A stretch of DNA of 62,636 bases, filler included. It is 3 parts of 3 records of this genome, joined end to end, with 100 filler letters (N's around TTAATTAATTAA, not from the genome) between each part and the next. Parts side by side here need not be neighbours in the genome. Positions count along the whole stretch, not along the records: positions 29,870 to 52,741 come from SRR2962707_520; positions 52,842 to 62,636 come from SRR2962707_531; 1 more part is not named here. The stretch is one strand, 5' to 3'. Both the position numbers and the translations under genes were made by a program. Numbering within the stretch: position 1 is the first letter of the stretch; each line of letters starts with the position of its first letter. Positions 48,151-58,022 of this stretch are shown here, one piece after another. The notes beneath the pieces were generated by a model. The model did not search any database. It had not been told where the DNA came from and was given only the letters and a program-made list of their open reading frames with translations.

Positions 48151-51100
48151 TCAGCGCGACACGAAACAACTGCCGCCGGCGGCCTTGTAGCGACTGCAAA
48201 GGGCATTGGCTTGATCTCTAGAGCCCGCAGGGACGCGAACCCGGTGGAACACACCCTTGCCAGGGATATCGGCGCGCTGGATGTCAACGCTCTGGCCACC
48301 CAGCACCGAACTGTAGCGATTGGACAATGTGCGCCAGGATGATTGCGCACCCTCCACTGTAGGCTGTGATGCGATCTGCATATAGTACCCGCCCGGATTG
48401 GCGACCGGCGCAGCAGCAGGTGCTGCCGCTGCCGGAGCAGATGCGACAGCGACGGGTTGAGGTGCAGCAGGCGCAGCACTCGCAGCGGGTGCTGCCTCGA
48501 CCCGGCCACCCTGCGTAACGGTACCGACAACATTGACAGGTTGATCAGCCGGGCGACCCAGCGGCACAGGTGCATTGGCAACAGGCCTGATTGGTTGCGT
48601 GGTGACGACCCGAACCGGCGCAACGGTACCCTCGGTTACCGCCGTTTCAGTCTCTGCGGGTTGCTCCTGAACAGGCACGACCGCTTCTGCGGTTGGCTGC
48701 TCGACGGTACCGTCGCTCGGCGTCAGTTGTGTCGCCGTATCGATTTCCGGCTCAGCAGACACTAAAACCTGTGGCGTTTCCACAGAAGCGGCGGCCTCCG
48801 GCTCTACAACTTCCCGCGCCACGATGGACCCATCCGGCTTTACAATCATCGTGCGCACCTTGCGCGGTGAAACAACCGGCGCAGCGGCCCCGTTTGTCGC
48901 AACTTCCGGAGCCGTGTCGTCCGCAGACAACCGCTCCTCGGATTTCTCCGAGAAATCCGAGCGGCCTTCGAGCGGCAATATCTCAGGGTCCAGTGTCCGC
49001 TGGACGACATCCACCGGCTCTTCGGCTGAGTTCACCAGAGCCGGCTGCCCCGTGGAAGCCCCGGTTCCGCCAGCGACGCGATCATAGACCGCCTTGTCCT
49101 GGTTGGGCACGGTGACGCCGCCGGGATTTTCCGGAAGCACCTTTACCGGGTCCTTGTCTGCCCGGATGATGCGTGGTCCGCCATCAGTGGCCGCCTCGTC
49201 ACCCGACAGCATGCTCCAGCCAAATGCACCAACACCGGCAAGCAAGGCGATCCCAAGAACGGCAACCGCCAGAACTGGACCCCGCGACCGGTTCTCTTCT
49301 CCACTGTGATCGACAGCCAACTCATCGTTGATATCATAATCGCCGTTTGGAAAGTCACTGCCATAACTCTCGTCAAATGTGCGGTTGTTCCCATCAACGT
49401 CGACACCCAGCTCCCGCTCCAGTGCGATGTAGTCATCAGACACTTCCTGCGCGTGGGGTGTTGACGCGCCACGGTTCCAGCCTTCCGCTGCCGCCAGCGT
49501 GACACCGATGCCATCTGTCGAGCCGTCGTTGGATTGAGCGTCAGTACGCTCGGAGATATCGGCAAATTCCCGTTCGATCTCGGTATCGTAGTCCGGCTCA
49601 ACCAGCACAGGATCGTCATGATGCAGGACAGGCACGTCAATATCGGCGACAACTTCGACCGTTTCATCAGCTTCCGAAATCAGACCGGCATCAAAATAGT
49701 AGTCTGATTCGTCTGGCTGCGAGCTGCCCTGATCCACACCGTGCTCGGACGTTTCAAATCCGTCGAGCCAGTCGCCCTGTACCGGCTCCGCCGCAGCACC
49801 ACCTGCACGCAATGAAGCGGCTACCGGCGGAACCGTAGCAGGCTCATGCGCCGGCTTCTCATCATCGATATCAGTGGCCAGATCGAGAAAGGCTTCCGAC
49901 ATTTCGTCGTGTGAGATTGCTTGCTCCACTGCGGGGCTCACAGACAGCCAGTCGTCTGCCTCCATGACCTGTTCGGTTTGATGGGTGGTGGCAACCACCT
50001 CTACCGGTTCGACAAGGTCCTCTTCAACATCATCGAAACTGTCGGCCAGAAGCTGCTCCAGATCGAGGTCAAGCTCATCGGGGGCATCTGCTCTTTCCGC
50101 CGATGTACTAACACTACGTTCGGGCAAGCCGAACATATCGTCCAGTTCCTCATCGAGTTCCTCGGCGACAGCCTCTTCGATGCTATCGAGGGACCAGAGA
50201 TCCTCTGCATCATTCGCCGCTTTATCTGCCGGCGCACTGTCGATGCCGTTTTTTCCGTCATCGCCAATGGCAGCCAGCAATTCTTCGGCAGCCTCATCAA
50301 AAACAGCAACCTCGTCATCAAGACCACTGTCATTCAATGCATCGAGCGCGATCTCGACATCCAATTCGGCATCGCTGTCGGCCACATGGACATAGTCAGC
50401 AGCGTCATTGTCGTCACGACTATCGCCCATCGCCACTTCGTGCTCGAAGACATCAAGCTCGGTGGACAGGTATTCTTCAAAATCCAGCGGCGCCTCATCG
50501 GGCTCGCTGGCGATCTCTGTATCTGGCTGACCGTCGTCCGGCGCCTCCGACGCGTCATGACCGGACACGTCGGCTTCCACCGGGCCGCTCTGCTGCACCG
50601 AAGGCAGTTCAAAACGGGCCATATCCGCAAATACATCATCATCGAGCACGTCGCTCGCATCACTGACCTGGGCCACGACCACTTTGGCAACAGGGGCCGG
50701 CGAGACGTCAGTGGCGGGTGCTGAGTTCTGCTGGTTGTCTTGATTGACGTGTTCAAGCTCTTCAGCATCCGGACTTGTCGCAGCATCATCTGCATCCAGG
50801 GTCATCATCCAGTCATCGTCGATACCGGTTTCATCGCCAACACTACCGGAATCATGATCAAAACGCGTTTCGTTTTCAATTGCCTTAAGCAGCGCTCCGG
50901 AAGACCGTCCTTCGATGGCCATGAAATCAGCTTCATCAAGGCCTGGCGTATCGTCAGCCTGAATCTCTGTCTGCTCGTCGCGAAATGCCGAGTCGGCAGC
51001 TTCCGGCAACACATCTTCGGATTCCAGATCGAAATCAGCGTCGGCCAGCATCACATCAAGAGCCTCATCGGCTTCGATGCTGTCAATTTCATCGGCAGAA

Positions 51101-51297
51101 GGAGCCAGAGGCACATCGAGCTCGCGCATCAATTCAGCCTCGAGATCGAATTCGGAAGAATCTGAAGATTCCTCATCCGCCGGAGTCACCTCGGATGGTC
51201 GCTCATAGCCAATAATCCTGGCAAGTTCTGCCAAAGGATCATCGACTTCGGAATCCGGGTGCGCGGACCGCGCGTTGCTTTCGAATTGATCAGCCAT
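48151..51297 (-). CDS. SPOR-domain cell-division protein (FtsN/RgsS-like) with a very long acidic N-terminal region
   Basis: DPLAELARII N-motif, a single TM (VLAVAVLGIALLAGVGAFGW), P.KV.P..PGG..VPNQDK.VYDR and a C-terminal SPOR domain with two Cys; argS-SPOR-nagZ synteny. Confidence 0.85.
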   Translation of the reverse strand: MADQFESNARSAHPDSEVDDPLAELARIIGYERPSEVTPADEESSDSSEFDLEAELMRELDVPLAPSADEIDSIEADEALDVMLADADFDLESEDVLPEAADSAFRDEQTEIQADDTPGLDEADFMAIEGRSSGALLKAIENETRFDHDSGSVGDETGIDDDWMMTLDADDAATSPDAEELEHVNQDNQQNSAPATDVSPAPVAKVVVAQVSDASDVLDDDVFADMARFELPSVQQSGPVEADVSGHDASEAPDDGQPDTEIASEPDEAPLDFEEYLSTELDVFEHEVAMGDSRDDNDAADYVHVADSDAELDVEIALDALNDSGLDDEVAVFDEAAEELLAAIGDDGKNGIDSAPADKAANDAEDLWSLDSIEEAVAEELDEELDDMFGLPERSVSTSAERADAPDELDLDLEQLLADSFDDVEEDLVEPVEVVATTHQTEQVMEADDWLSVSPAVEQAISHDEMSEAFLDLATDIDDEKPAHEPATVPPVAASLRAGGAAAEPVQGDWLDGFETSEHGVDQGSSQPDESDYYFDAGLISEADETVEVVADIDVPVLHHDDPVLVEPDYDTEIEREFADISERTDAQSNDGSTDGIGVTLAAAEGWNRGASTPHAQEVSDDYIALERELGVDVDGNNRTFDESYGSDFPNGDYDINDELAVDHSGEENRSRGPVLAVAVLGIALLAGVGAFGWSMLSGDEAATDGGPRIIRADKDPVKVLPENPGGVTVPNQDKAVYDRVAGGTGASTGQPALVNSAEEPVDVVQRTLDPEILPLEGRSDFSEKSEERLSADDTAPEVATNGAAAPVVSPRKVRTMIVKPDGSIVAREVVEPEAAASVETPQVLVSAEPEIDTATQLTPSDGTVEQPTAEAVVPVQEQPAETETAVTEGTVAPVRVVTTQPIRPVANAPVPLGRPADQPVNVVGTVTQGGRVEAAPAASAAPAAPQPVAVASAPAAAAPAAAPVANPGGYYMQIASQPTVEGAQSSWRTLSNRYSSVLGGQSVDIQRADIPGKGVFHRVRVPAGSRDQANALCSRYKAAGGSCFVSR

Positions 51298-51357
51298 GCA
51301 TCACTCACATACTCTCGCATACTCTACTGCCAGAGCATTGTGCGGAAAAGGTGACGT

Positions 51358-52741
51358 TTAGCGCATTTCTTCCGGAGCATCGGTCCCTGTAATCTTAAGA
51401 CCCGACTTCAACACCGACGCTACTGCGTACACCAATCCCAACCTGGCAATTGTTGATTGTCTATTTTTATCGTTAACAAACCGCAAACCGGGCTCATCGC
51501 GCCCTTTGTTCCAGTGCGCGTGCAGTAGACTTGCAAGCTCATAGAGGTAAAACGCCACCCTGTGCGGCTCCTGTCCGGATGCCGCGGCCTCGATCATACG
51601 CGGATATTCGCTGAGCTTGGCAATCAGCGCCAGTTCACTCTCATGAGAGAGATCCGACAGGTCGGCCGATGCCAGAGCCTCAGGCGACAGGTCGAGATCA
51701 GGGAATATCTCCAAGCCCTGCCGCATCACCGAAGCGCAGCGGGCATGGGCGTACTGCACGTAAAAGACCGGATTGTCCTTGGAGTGCTCGGTGACCTTGG
51801 CGAAATCGAAATCAAGCGATTCCGAGCTCTTCCGGTAAAGCATCATGAACCGAACCGAATCGACACCCACTTCATCAACAACATCGCGGAGCGTAATAAA
51901 ATCGCCCGACCGCTTTGACATCCTGACCGGCTCACCGTCGCGATAGATCTTGACGAGCTGGCACAAGAGAACCGTCAGCTTGGCTTCACCTGCCGAAACC
52001 GCCTTGGCAACTGCTTCGAGCCGTTTGATGTAACCACCATGGTCGGCCCCGAGCACATAGATCATCTCGGAGAAACCACGTTCGAACTTGTCACGGAAAT
52101 AAGCAACATCAGCTGCAAAATAGGTATAGCTGCCGTCGGACTTGATCAGTGGACGGTCGATGTCGTCCCCCACATCGGTGGACCGGAACAGGGTTTGTTC
52201 GCGGTCTTCCCAGTCTTCCGGAGACTGGCCCTTGGGTGGCGGCAGCTTGCCCTTGTAGACGTGGCCCTTGAAGGTCAAGTCATTGATCGCATGCCGGATT
52301 CGCTCTGCCCCGTTGGCGTGCAGGCTGCGCTCGGAGAAGAACACATCGTGCTCGACGTTGAGCGCCTTCAGATCCGCCCGGATCATCGCCATCATCGCAT
52401 CAATGGTACGCTCCTTGATGATGGTCGTGCGCTCGGCCTCGGGCATCACCCTCAGCGCGGTCCCGTATTCATCTGCCAAAGCCTTGCCCACAGGCACAAG
52501 ATAGTCCCCCGGGTAAAGACCGGCAGGTATCTCTCCGATTTCCTCGCCCAGTGCTTCGCGGTATCTCAGATAAGCCGAATTCGCCAGCACATCGATCTGT
52601 GATCCGGCGTCATTGATGTAATACTCCTTGGTGACCTGATAACCGGCAAAGCCCATCAGATTTGCCAGAGCATCCCCGACCACTGCGCCACGGCAATGCC
52701 CGACATGCATCGGCCCCGTCGGATTGGCGGAAACGTATTCG
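51358..52741 (-). CDS. argS: Arginine--tRNA ligase (5' truncated at contig end)
   Basis: [15 protein letters not shown] (HIGH), GADHGGY, MSKRSG and YVQYAHAR. Confidence 0.96.
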
Positions 52742-52841
52742 NNNNNNNNNNNNNNNNNNNNNNNNNNNNNNNNNNNNNNNNNNNNTTAATTAATTAANNN
52801 NNNNNNNNNNNNNNNNNNNNNNNNNNNNNNNNNNNNNNNNN
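52742..52841. other. Artificial contig linker
   Basis: 44 N + TTAATTAATTAA + 44 N. Confidence 0.97.
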
Positions 52842-52842
52842 C

Positions 52843-53616
52843 AAGTGCATCGACCTGAGCCAGAAGAACGAGCCGGTGATCTGGGACGCGATCAAATTCG
52901 GCGCGGTGCTGGAAAACGTCATCATTAACGACGAAACCCGCCTGCCGGACTACAGCGATGTGTCCCTGACCCAGAACACCCGCGCCGCCTACCCGCTGGA
53001 AAACATCGAGAAGCGGGTACCGCAGAACCGCGCCGGCGAACCCAAGCACGTGATCTTCCTGACCTGCGACCTGACCGGCGTGCTACCGCCGGTGTCCTGT
53101 CTGAGCAAGGAAGCCGCCGCCTACCACTTCCTGAGCGGCTACACCGCCCTGGTCGGCTCCACCGAAATGGGCTCCGAGCCCGGCATCAAGAGCACCTTCT
53201 CCACCTGCTTCGGCGCCCCGTTCTTCCCGCGCCGTGCCGGTGAGTATGCCGAGCTGCTGATCAAGCGCATGGAAGAATTCGGCTCCAAGGTGTTCCTGGT
53301 CAACACCGGCTGGACCGGCGGCCCCTACGGTCAGGGCGAGCGCTTCAGCATCCCCACCACCCGTGGCGTGGTCAATGCCATCCTCAGCGGCGCCCTGGAC
53401 GACGCGGAAACCGAGCACCTGGACATCATCAACCTGGATGTGCCGAAGACCGTGCCCGGTGTGGACGACAACCTGCTGCAACCGAAAAACACCTGGGCCA
53501 ACCCGGAAGAGTACGACGCCAAGGCCCGTGACCTGGCGCAGCAGTTCGAGAAAAACTTCGCCGAGAAATACGCGGACGTGTCCGAAGAGATCCACGCCGC
53601 CGGCCCCAAGGCCTGA
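52843..53616 (+). CDS. pckA: Phosphoenolpyruvate carboxykinase (ATP), C-terminal part (5' truncated)
   Basis: [35 protein letters not shown] and LVNTGWTGG. Confidence 0.95.
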   Translation, partial: KCIDLSQKNEPVIWDAIKFGAVLENVIINDETRLPDYSDVSLTQNTRAAYPLENIEKRVPQNRAGEPKHVIFLTCDLTGVLPPVSCLSKEAAAYHFLSGYTALVGSTEMGSEPGIKSTFSTCFGAPFFPRRAGEYAELLIKRMEEFGSKVFLVNTGWTGGPYGQGERFSIPTTRGVVNAILSGALDDAETEHLDIINLDVPKTVPGVDDNLLQPKNTWANPEEYDAKARDLAQQFEKNFAEKYADVSEEIHAAGPKA

Positions 53617-53639
53617 TCCCCTGATCAGCGCCCGGTAGT

Positions 53640-53667
53640 AAAAAAGCCCGCTTCGGCGGGCTTTTTT
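53640..53667 (+). terminator. Rho-independent terminator
   Basis: AAAAAAGCCCGC-TTCG-GCGGGCTTTTTT. Confidence 0.9.
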
Positions 53668-53776
53668 GTGGGCCGCAGTCCATGGCGGCCCCCTCCTCCC
53701 TCTGCCTGATTGCCCCAATTCATTAATTTGTTATATTTCCCTAAAAGTCCAACAATCCCAGGCGGAAAGGGAGCAT

Positions 53777-53792
53777 TGGCACGGCGTTTGCT
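53777..53792 (+). promoter_or_regulatory. Sigma54 (-24/-12) promoter of the AraC regulator
   Basis: TGGCAC-GGCGT-TTGCT consensus match. Confidence 0.75.
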
Positions 53793-53880
53793 GCGCCGGT
53801 AGCAACATCACCGGAAGCGTCATCACAGGAAGACAGTGACCGCCCTCTCCTTTTCGCCAACGCCTACGCGGAGGGTCCCG

Positions 53881-54834
53881 ATGGAACCCGCAGCCAGCAC
53901 CAATCACCTTGTGGAAACCCGCACCCTGCGGGGGTTTCAGCCGTGGCGGCAGTTCGTCAACGACAACTTCCCCTGGCTCAGAATCGCCTCGCCCCGGGAC
54001 GACGACTTCCATGCCCGGGTGCGCCTGACCAGCCTCGGCGAGCGCTCGGTGGCGGTGATCCGTGCCGACCAGTGCCAGCTCACCCGCACCGATTACGCCA
54101 TCAAACGGGCGGAAACCGGCTACCTCAAGGTCATGTGGCAGCAGGCCGGGCGCATGCTGGTGGAGCAGGATGGCCACCGTACGGTGCTGCGCCCCGGCGA
54201 TATCACCGTGTGCGATACCAGCCGCCCCTATCGGTTGGAGAAAGATCACCAGGCGCAATTGACGGTGTTGACCCTGCCCTATCACGCGGTGCCCGGCTGG
54301 CACCAGATTAGTGACCGTCTTTGCGGCCGTTCGTTGAGTGATCGCACCACCGCCCGCGCGGCCCTTGCCGCCCTGCTGGCTTTACTGGAGCGCCCCGGCG
54401 ACGGCGACAGCGCCCAGACCATTTTTCAGGCGGTGCAATTAATGCTGTCCGCCCTGATCCATTGTTCCGTCAGGCCGGCGGGTCAGGCCTCGCCTACCCT
54501 TCGGCTGGATACCGCCCATCAGCATGTGCTTGCCCATATCGACGACCCGCATTTGAGCCCGGACGAACTGGCCGAGGCGCTGCATGTGTCCCGGCGCGCC
54601 CTGTACCGCCTGTTTCAGGAGCACCAGGTCACCCCCGGACGCTTCATCCGCCAGGTGCGGCTGGATGCGGTGCGCGACGCTCTCGCCTTGCCCGACAATG
54701 ACCATCGCAGCATTCTTGAAGTGGCTCTGGATTACGGCTTTACCGACAGTGCGTCCTTTAGCCGCAGCTTCAAGGCGGCCTTCGCCATCAGCCCCAGCGA
54801 CTGGCGTCTGCAGGCACGGGGCCGTCACAACTGA
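53881..54834 (+). CDS. AraC-family activator, FeaR-like
   Basis: N-terminal cupin (Q..GR..VEQDG....LRPGDI.VCDTSRPY) and C-terminal double HTH (HVSRRALYRLF, YGFTDSASFSRSFK..F.ISP); GGAGG RBS before ATG 53881. Confidence 0.85.
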   Translation: MEPAASTNHLVETRTLRGFQPWRQFVNDNFPWLRIASPRDDDFHARVRLTSLGERSVAVIRADQCQLTRTDYAIKRAETGYLKVMWQQAGRMLVEQDGHRTVLRPGDITVCDTSRPYRLEKDHQAQLTVLTLPYHAVPGWHQISDRLCGRSLSDRTTARAALAALLALLERPGDGDSAQTIFQAVQLMLSALIHCSVRPAGQASPTLRLDTAHQHVLAHIDDPHLSPDELAEALHVSRRALYRLFQEHQVTPGRFIRQVRLDAVRDALALPDNDHRSILEVALDYGFTDSASFSRSFKAAFAISPSDWRLQARGRHN

Positions 54835-54840
54835 TGTCGG

Positions 54841-55614
54841 TCAGGGCCTGCTTGCGGAAAACCCCGTGGCGTGGAGTGTCAGGTCATAGTGCGCGGGCCG
54901 CTCGCCACTGATCTCCACTTGATAACGGCCCGGCGGCACCCGGACGCGCACGCCATCCTCCCCATCATGGGTATGTGCCACGGCGTGGTGGCCACCGGCG
55001 GACAGAATCCGCAGCCGAGGTATCGGCCCGGTCACGCCGAGCGTCGCTTCCAACAACACCTCACGGTCGATCCTCACCTGATAACGATGCGTCAGTACCG
55101 GTGCCTCCAGTTGTTCGGTAACCAGGATCGGCTCCCGCGACAGACGCCCGAGCGCCACGCTCCAAACCTCTGGGGGCCGGTGCGATGGCGCCGTCATGAG
55201 TAAGGTGTAGGAGAGGGACTGGCGTTGCGGTGACGCCACCCACAGCGCATAGCGTCCCGGCGCCAGGACGCCGGCGAACCAGGAGCCGCTCTCCGGCGCC
55301 GGCCCTTCCGCCAGATCATAGCTGCCCGGCCCGCCCCAGATATCCCCCATCTCCCGGCTCAACCGGGCCACCACCGTGCCTTCGGCGCCACCGACTTCGA
55401 TATCGGCGGCGACCCAATCCGATAGCAGAAAATAAAGCGGCTCGGTGAATTCCGGCGCCGTCAGTTGCCCCTGGTACCGGTCCTGACGGTCGCCGGCAAA
55501 ATCCAGATAAACGCCCGGCGGACCAATCTCCGTCGCCCAAGGCACCACCGGCCATAGCCACAGCAACGCCACAAAGAGAAAGCCGCGGGCAGGATCGGCG
55601 GTATTAACCGCCAT
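54841..55614 (-). CDS. Hypothetical exported protein with two PPC-like beta domains
   Basis: Signal-like hydrophobic N-terminus; repeated motif (L/V)xPGRYx(L/V)xVx...YxL; start uncertain (55614 or 55635). Confidence 0.5.
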   Translation of the reverse strand: MAVNTADPARGFLFVALLWLWPVVPWATEIGPPGVYLDFAGDRQDRYQGQLTAPEFTEPLYFLLSDWVAADIEVGGAEGTVVARLSREMGDIWGGPGSYDLAEGPAPESGSWFAGVLAPGRYALWVASPQRQSLSYTLLMTAPSHRPPEVWSVALGRLSREPILVTEQLEAPVLTHRYQVRIDREVLLEATLGVTGPIPRLRILSAGGHHAVAHTHDGEDGVRVRVPPGRYQVEISGERPAHYDLTLHATGFSASRP

Positions 55615-55660
55615 TTTGTGCTTGAATCCGTTCATGGACGCTTACCGGCGAAATACGGAC

Positions 55661-56191
55661 ATGGCAACATCCTACTACCTCAAGCGCTATCCCACCGCCA
55701 TCTCGGGCACCATCTTCACTTTCATGGGGTTCCTGCCGGTCTGGATCTGCCTGGGCACGGGTGAATCGCTGAAGGACAGCATTCTTTTCTATCTGACCTC
55801 GCTGGTCAGCTTTCCCGGCGTCATCATGGCGGGCATGAGCCTGTCGTTTCTGATGATCGGGCTGGCCTTGCTGTGGTGTACCGGCCGGGTTATCCGTTGC
55901 CGACTGGACGATCACGGGATCCACTACGTCCCTCTGGCGCCGCTGCCCGACCGGCCAGCCCTGTTCGGGGACATCCTCCGGGTTCTGTTCGGCACCACCT
56001 TGCGCCCACGGCTGGCCCTCATACCCTATGAGGATATCGCCGATATTCAGGTGCGCGGGGATCGACGCAAAGGCTTCAATCTGTACGTTCAGCGCAAGAG
56101 CAGCGGACTGCCCGAACGCCTGCATACGCTCACCACACTCAGCGAACCCCAGCTTCGCGACATTCAGCAACGGGTACGCGCCCGCCTCTAA
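55661..56191 (+). CDS. Hypothetical membrane protein (2 TM plus a PH-like soluble part)
   Basis: Two hydrophobic segments followed by CRLDDHGIHY...IPYEDIADI; start MATSYY chosen. Confidence 0.55.
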   Translation: MATSYYLKRYPTAISGTIFTFMGFLPVWICLGTGESLKDSILFYLTSLVSFPGVIMAGMSLSFLMIGLALLWCTGRVIRCRLDDHGIHYVPLAPLPDRPALFGDILRVLFGTTLRPRLALIPYEDIADIQVRGDRRKGFNLYVQRKSSGLPERLHTLTTLSEPQLRDIQQRVRARL

Positions 56192-56208
56192 GAGCCTGCT
56201 CTTAGTCT

Positions 56209-56245
56209 TGGCAAGAATAGCCAACGGGTTGGCACCCATTCTCAA
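56209..56245 (+). promoter_or_regulatory. Tandem AraC/FeaR-type binding repeats
   Basis: TGGCA-N8-CAA at 56209-56224 and 56230-56245, a 21-bp period, upstream of aauB. Confidence 0.7.
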
Positions 56246-56319
56246 GCTTCCCCTTCCCTGACCGGCGCAGACTGAAGGCAGTGTTCCATGCCATCGATAA
56301 CCAAAAACAGGGAATCACC

Positions 56320-57462
56320 ATGCCTTTGTCCAAATTTGCCGCCGGCCTGCTGGCGCTGGGATCCGCACTGATCCCACCGTCCTTGTACGCGGCGCTGCCG
56401 ACCGAAACCGTCGGCCAGGCCGAACTGCCTTTCCCTCCCAGTCCTCATCGCAGTTATCTGATCGACTTCGAGTTCGACAACATGGTCGCCACCCGGGTGG
56501 TGGTGGTGGATCCGGGCCGACAAAAAGTGCTGGGCATGCTCAGTACCGGCGGCGCCGCGCCGGCGGTGCTGGCCCACGATCAGAAGACGGTCTACACCGC
56601 CGATATCTTTTTCAGCCGCTATGTGCGCGGCACCCGTACCGATGTGCTGACCGCCTGGGATACCCGCACCCTGTCCCCCTCCTGGGAAGTGGAAATCCCC
56701 GCCAAGCGCGCCTCCACGCTGACCGAGAAGTACGCGCTGTCGATGAGCGGCGATGACCGCTTTGTTTACGTTTACAACTTCACGCCGTCACAAACCATTA
56801 CCGTGGTCGATACCCAGGCCCGAAAAGTGGCCAGCGAGGTCAACATCAACGGCTGCATTCTCGCTTACCCGATTGGTGACCGGCGTTTCGCATCCCTGTG
56901 CGGCAGTGGTGATCTGCAAGTCACCACCCTGGATGACAACGGCAAGGTCAGTGATCGCACCACCACCCAATTCTTCGACCCGGAGCAGGAGAAGCTGGTG
57001 GAAAGGGCCATCCATCTGGGCGACACCTTCTATTTCGTTACCACCGAGGGCGTCATTCACGGTGTCGATTTCTCCGGCGCCAAACCCAAGGTCCTGCCCA
57101 CCTGGTCCCTGACCAGCGAACAAGAAAAGAAAGACGGCTGGGCCCCCGGCGGCTGGCAGTTGATGGCCATCGCACCGCGACTGAATCGTCTCTACGTACT
57201 GATGCATCCGGATCATGAGCGGCACAAGTGGGAAGATCCGAGCACCATCATCTGGGCGTTCGATCTGAAGACCCACAAAAAGGTCGGCACGCTGGAAGCG
57301 CCGAATCTGATCTGGAGCCTCAACGCCACCAACGATGACGCGCCGCTGCTGCTGGGCACCAACATCGAGGGCGGCCTGGAGACCTTTGATCTGAAAACCG
57401 GCAAGCACCTTCACACCATGGAAGGCGTCAGCAAAACCCCAACGCTGATCCTCAATCACTGA
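56320..57462 (+). CDS. aauB: TTQ amine dehydrogenase large (heavy) subunit
   Basis: Signal peptide; RGTRTDV, YNFTPSQ, GC...YP...F.SLC, WAPGGWQ and LYVLMH beta-propeller motifs of MauB/AauB. Confidence 0.9.
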   Translation: MPLSKFAAGLLALGSALIPPSLYAALPTETVGQAELPFPPSPHRSYLIDFEFDNMVATRVVVVDPGRQKVLGMLSTGGAAPAVLAHDQKTVYTADIFFSRYVRGTRTDVLTAWDTRTLSPSWEVEIPAKRASTLTEKYALSMSGDDRFVYVYNFTPSQTITVVDTQARKVASEVNINGCILAYPIGDRRFASLCGSGDLQVTTLDDNGKVSDRTTTQFFDPEQEKLVERAIHLGDTFYFVTTEGVIHGVDFSGAKPKVLPTWSLTSEQEKKDGWAPGGWQLMAIAPRLNRLYVLMHPDHERHKWEDPSTIIWAFDLKTHKKVGTLEAPNLIWSLNATNDDAPLLLGTNIEGGLETFDLKTGKHLHTMEGVSKTPTLILNH

Positions 57463-57476
57463 GTGGAGGAATAACC

Positions 57477-58016
57477 ATGACGCTGGATCCGATTATCAGC
57501 ATCGCCGGCGCCCTGGCCCTGGCGGTGATCCTGGCCAGCGCGGCGCTGCATAAATTGCAGGCACCGGCCTGGTTCGAACGCCAGTTGGATGCCTACCAGC
57601 TGTTGCCAACGAGTCTGACCACGGTAACCGCCCGCGCACTGCCGGTTCTGGAAGGCGCGTTGGCCCTGGGCTTGCTGTTCCAGCCCAGCCGCGTCACCAG
57701 CGCCGTTCTCGCCGCCGGCCTGCTCGCGCTCTACGCCCTGGCCATGATCACCAATCTGCTGCGCGGGCGCCACGATCTCGATTGCGGCTGCGCCGGCCCC
57801 AACAGTCAGCAACCCCTGCATCCGTTGCTGCTGATCCGCAATGGCTTGCTGATCGCCCTGGCGATACCGGCCGGCCTGCCCGTGGCCGAACGCACCCTGG
57901 GTTTATTCGACGGTTTCGTGGTGTTGGCCGCCGGCGCCGCGACCCTGCTGATTTACGCCGCGACCGATGCCCTCTTGGCGAATCGGCCGCGCCTGCTTGC
58001 TTTGACCGGAAGGTAA
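57477..58016 (+). CDS. aauE: MauE/AauE membrane maturation protein
   Basis: TM helices with NLLRGR.DLDCGC and LIRN. Confidence 0.9.
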   Translation: MTLDPIISIAGALALAVILASAALHKLQAPAWFERQLDAYQLLPTSLTTVTARALPVLEGALALGLLFQPSRVTSAVLAAGLLALYALAMITNLLRGRHDLDCGCAGPNSQQPLHPLLLIRNGLLIALAIPAGLPVAERTLGLFDGFVVLAAGAATLLIYAATDALLANRPRLLALTGR

Positions 58017-58022
58017 TACGCT

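Noticed and set aside
51455-51490. AT-rich patch with GTTAAC at the argS 3' end as a CtrA-controlled internal promoter for the SPOR gene
   Set aside because: Only a half-site is convincing; cannot be supported from sequence alone
56230-56245. TGGCAC as a sigma54 -24 element upstream of aauB
   Set aside because: No TTGC at the -12 position (reads CTCAA); better explained as the AraC direct repeat
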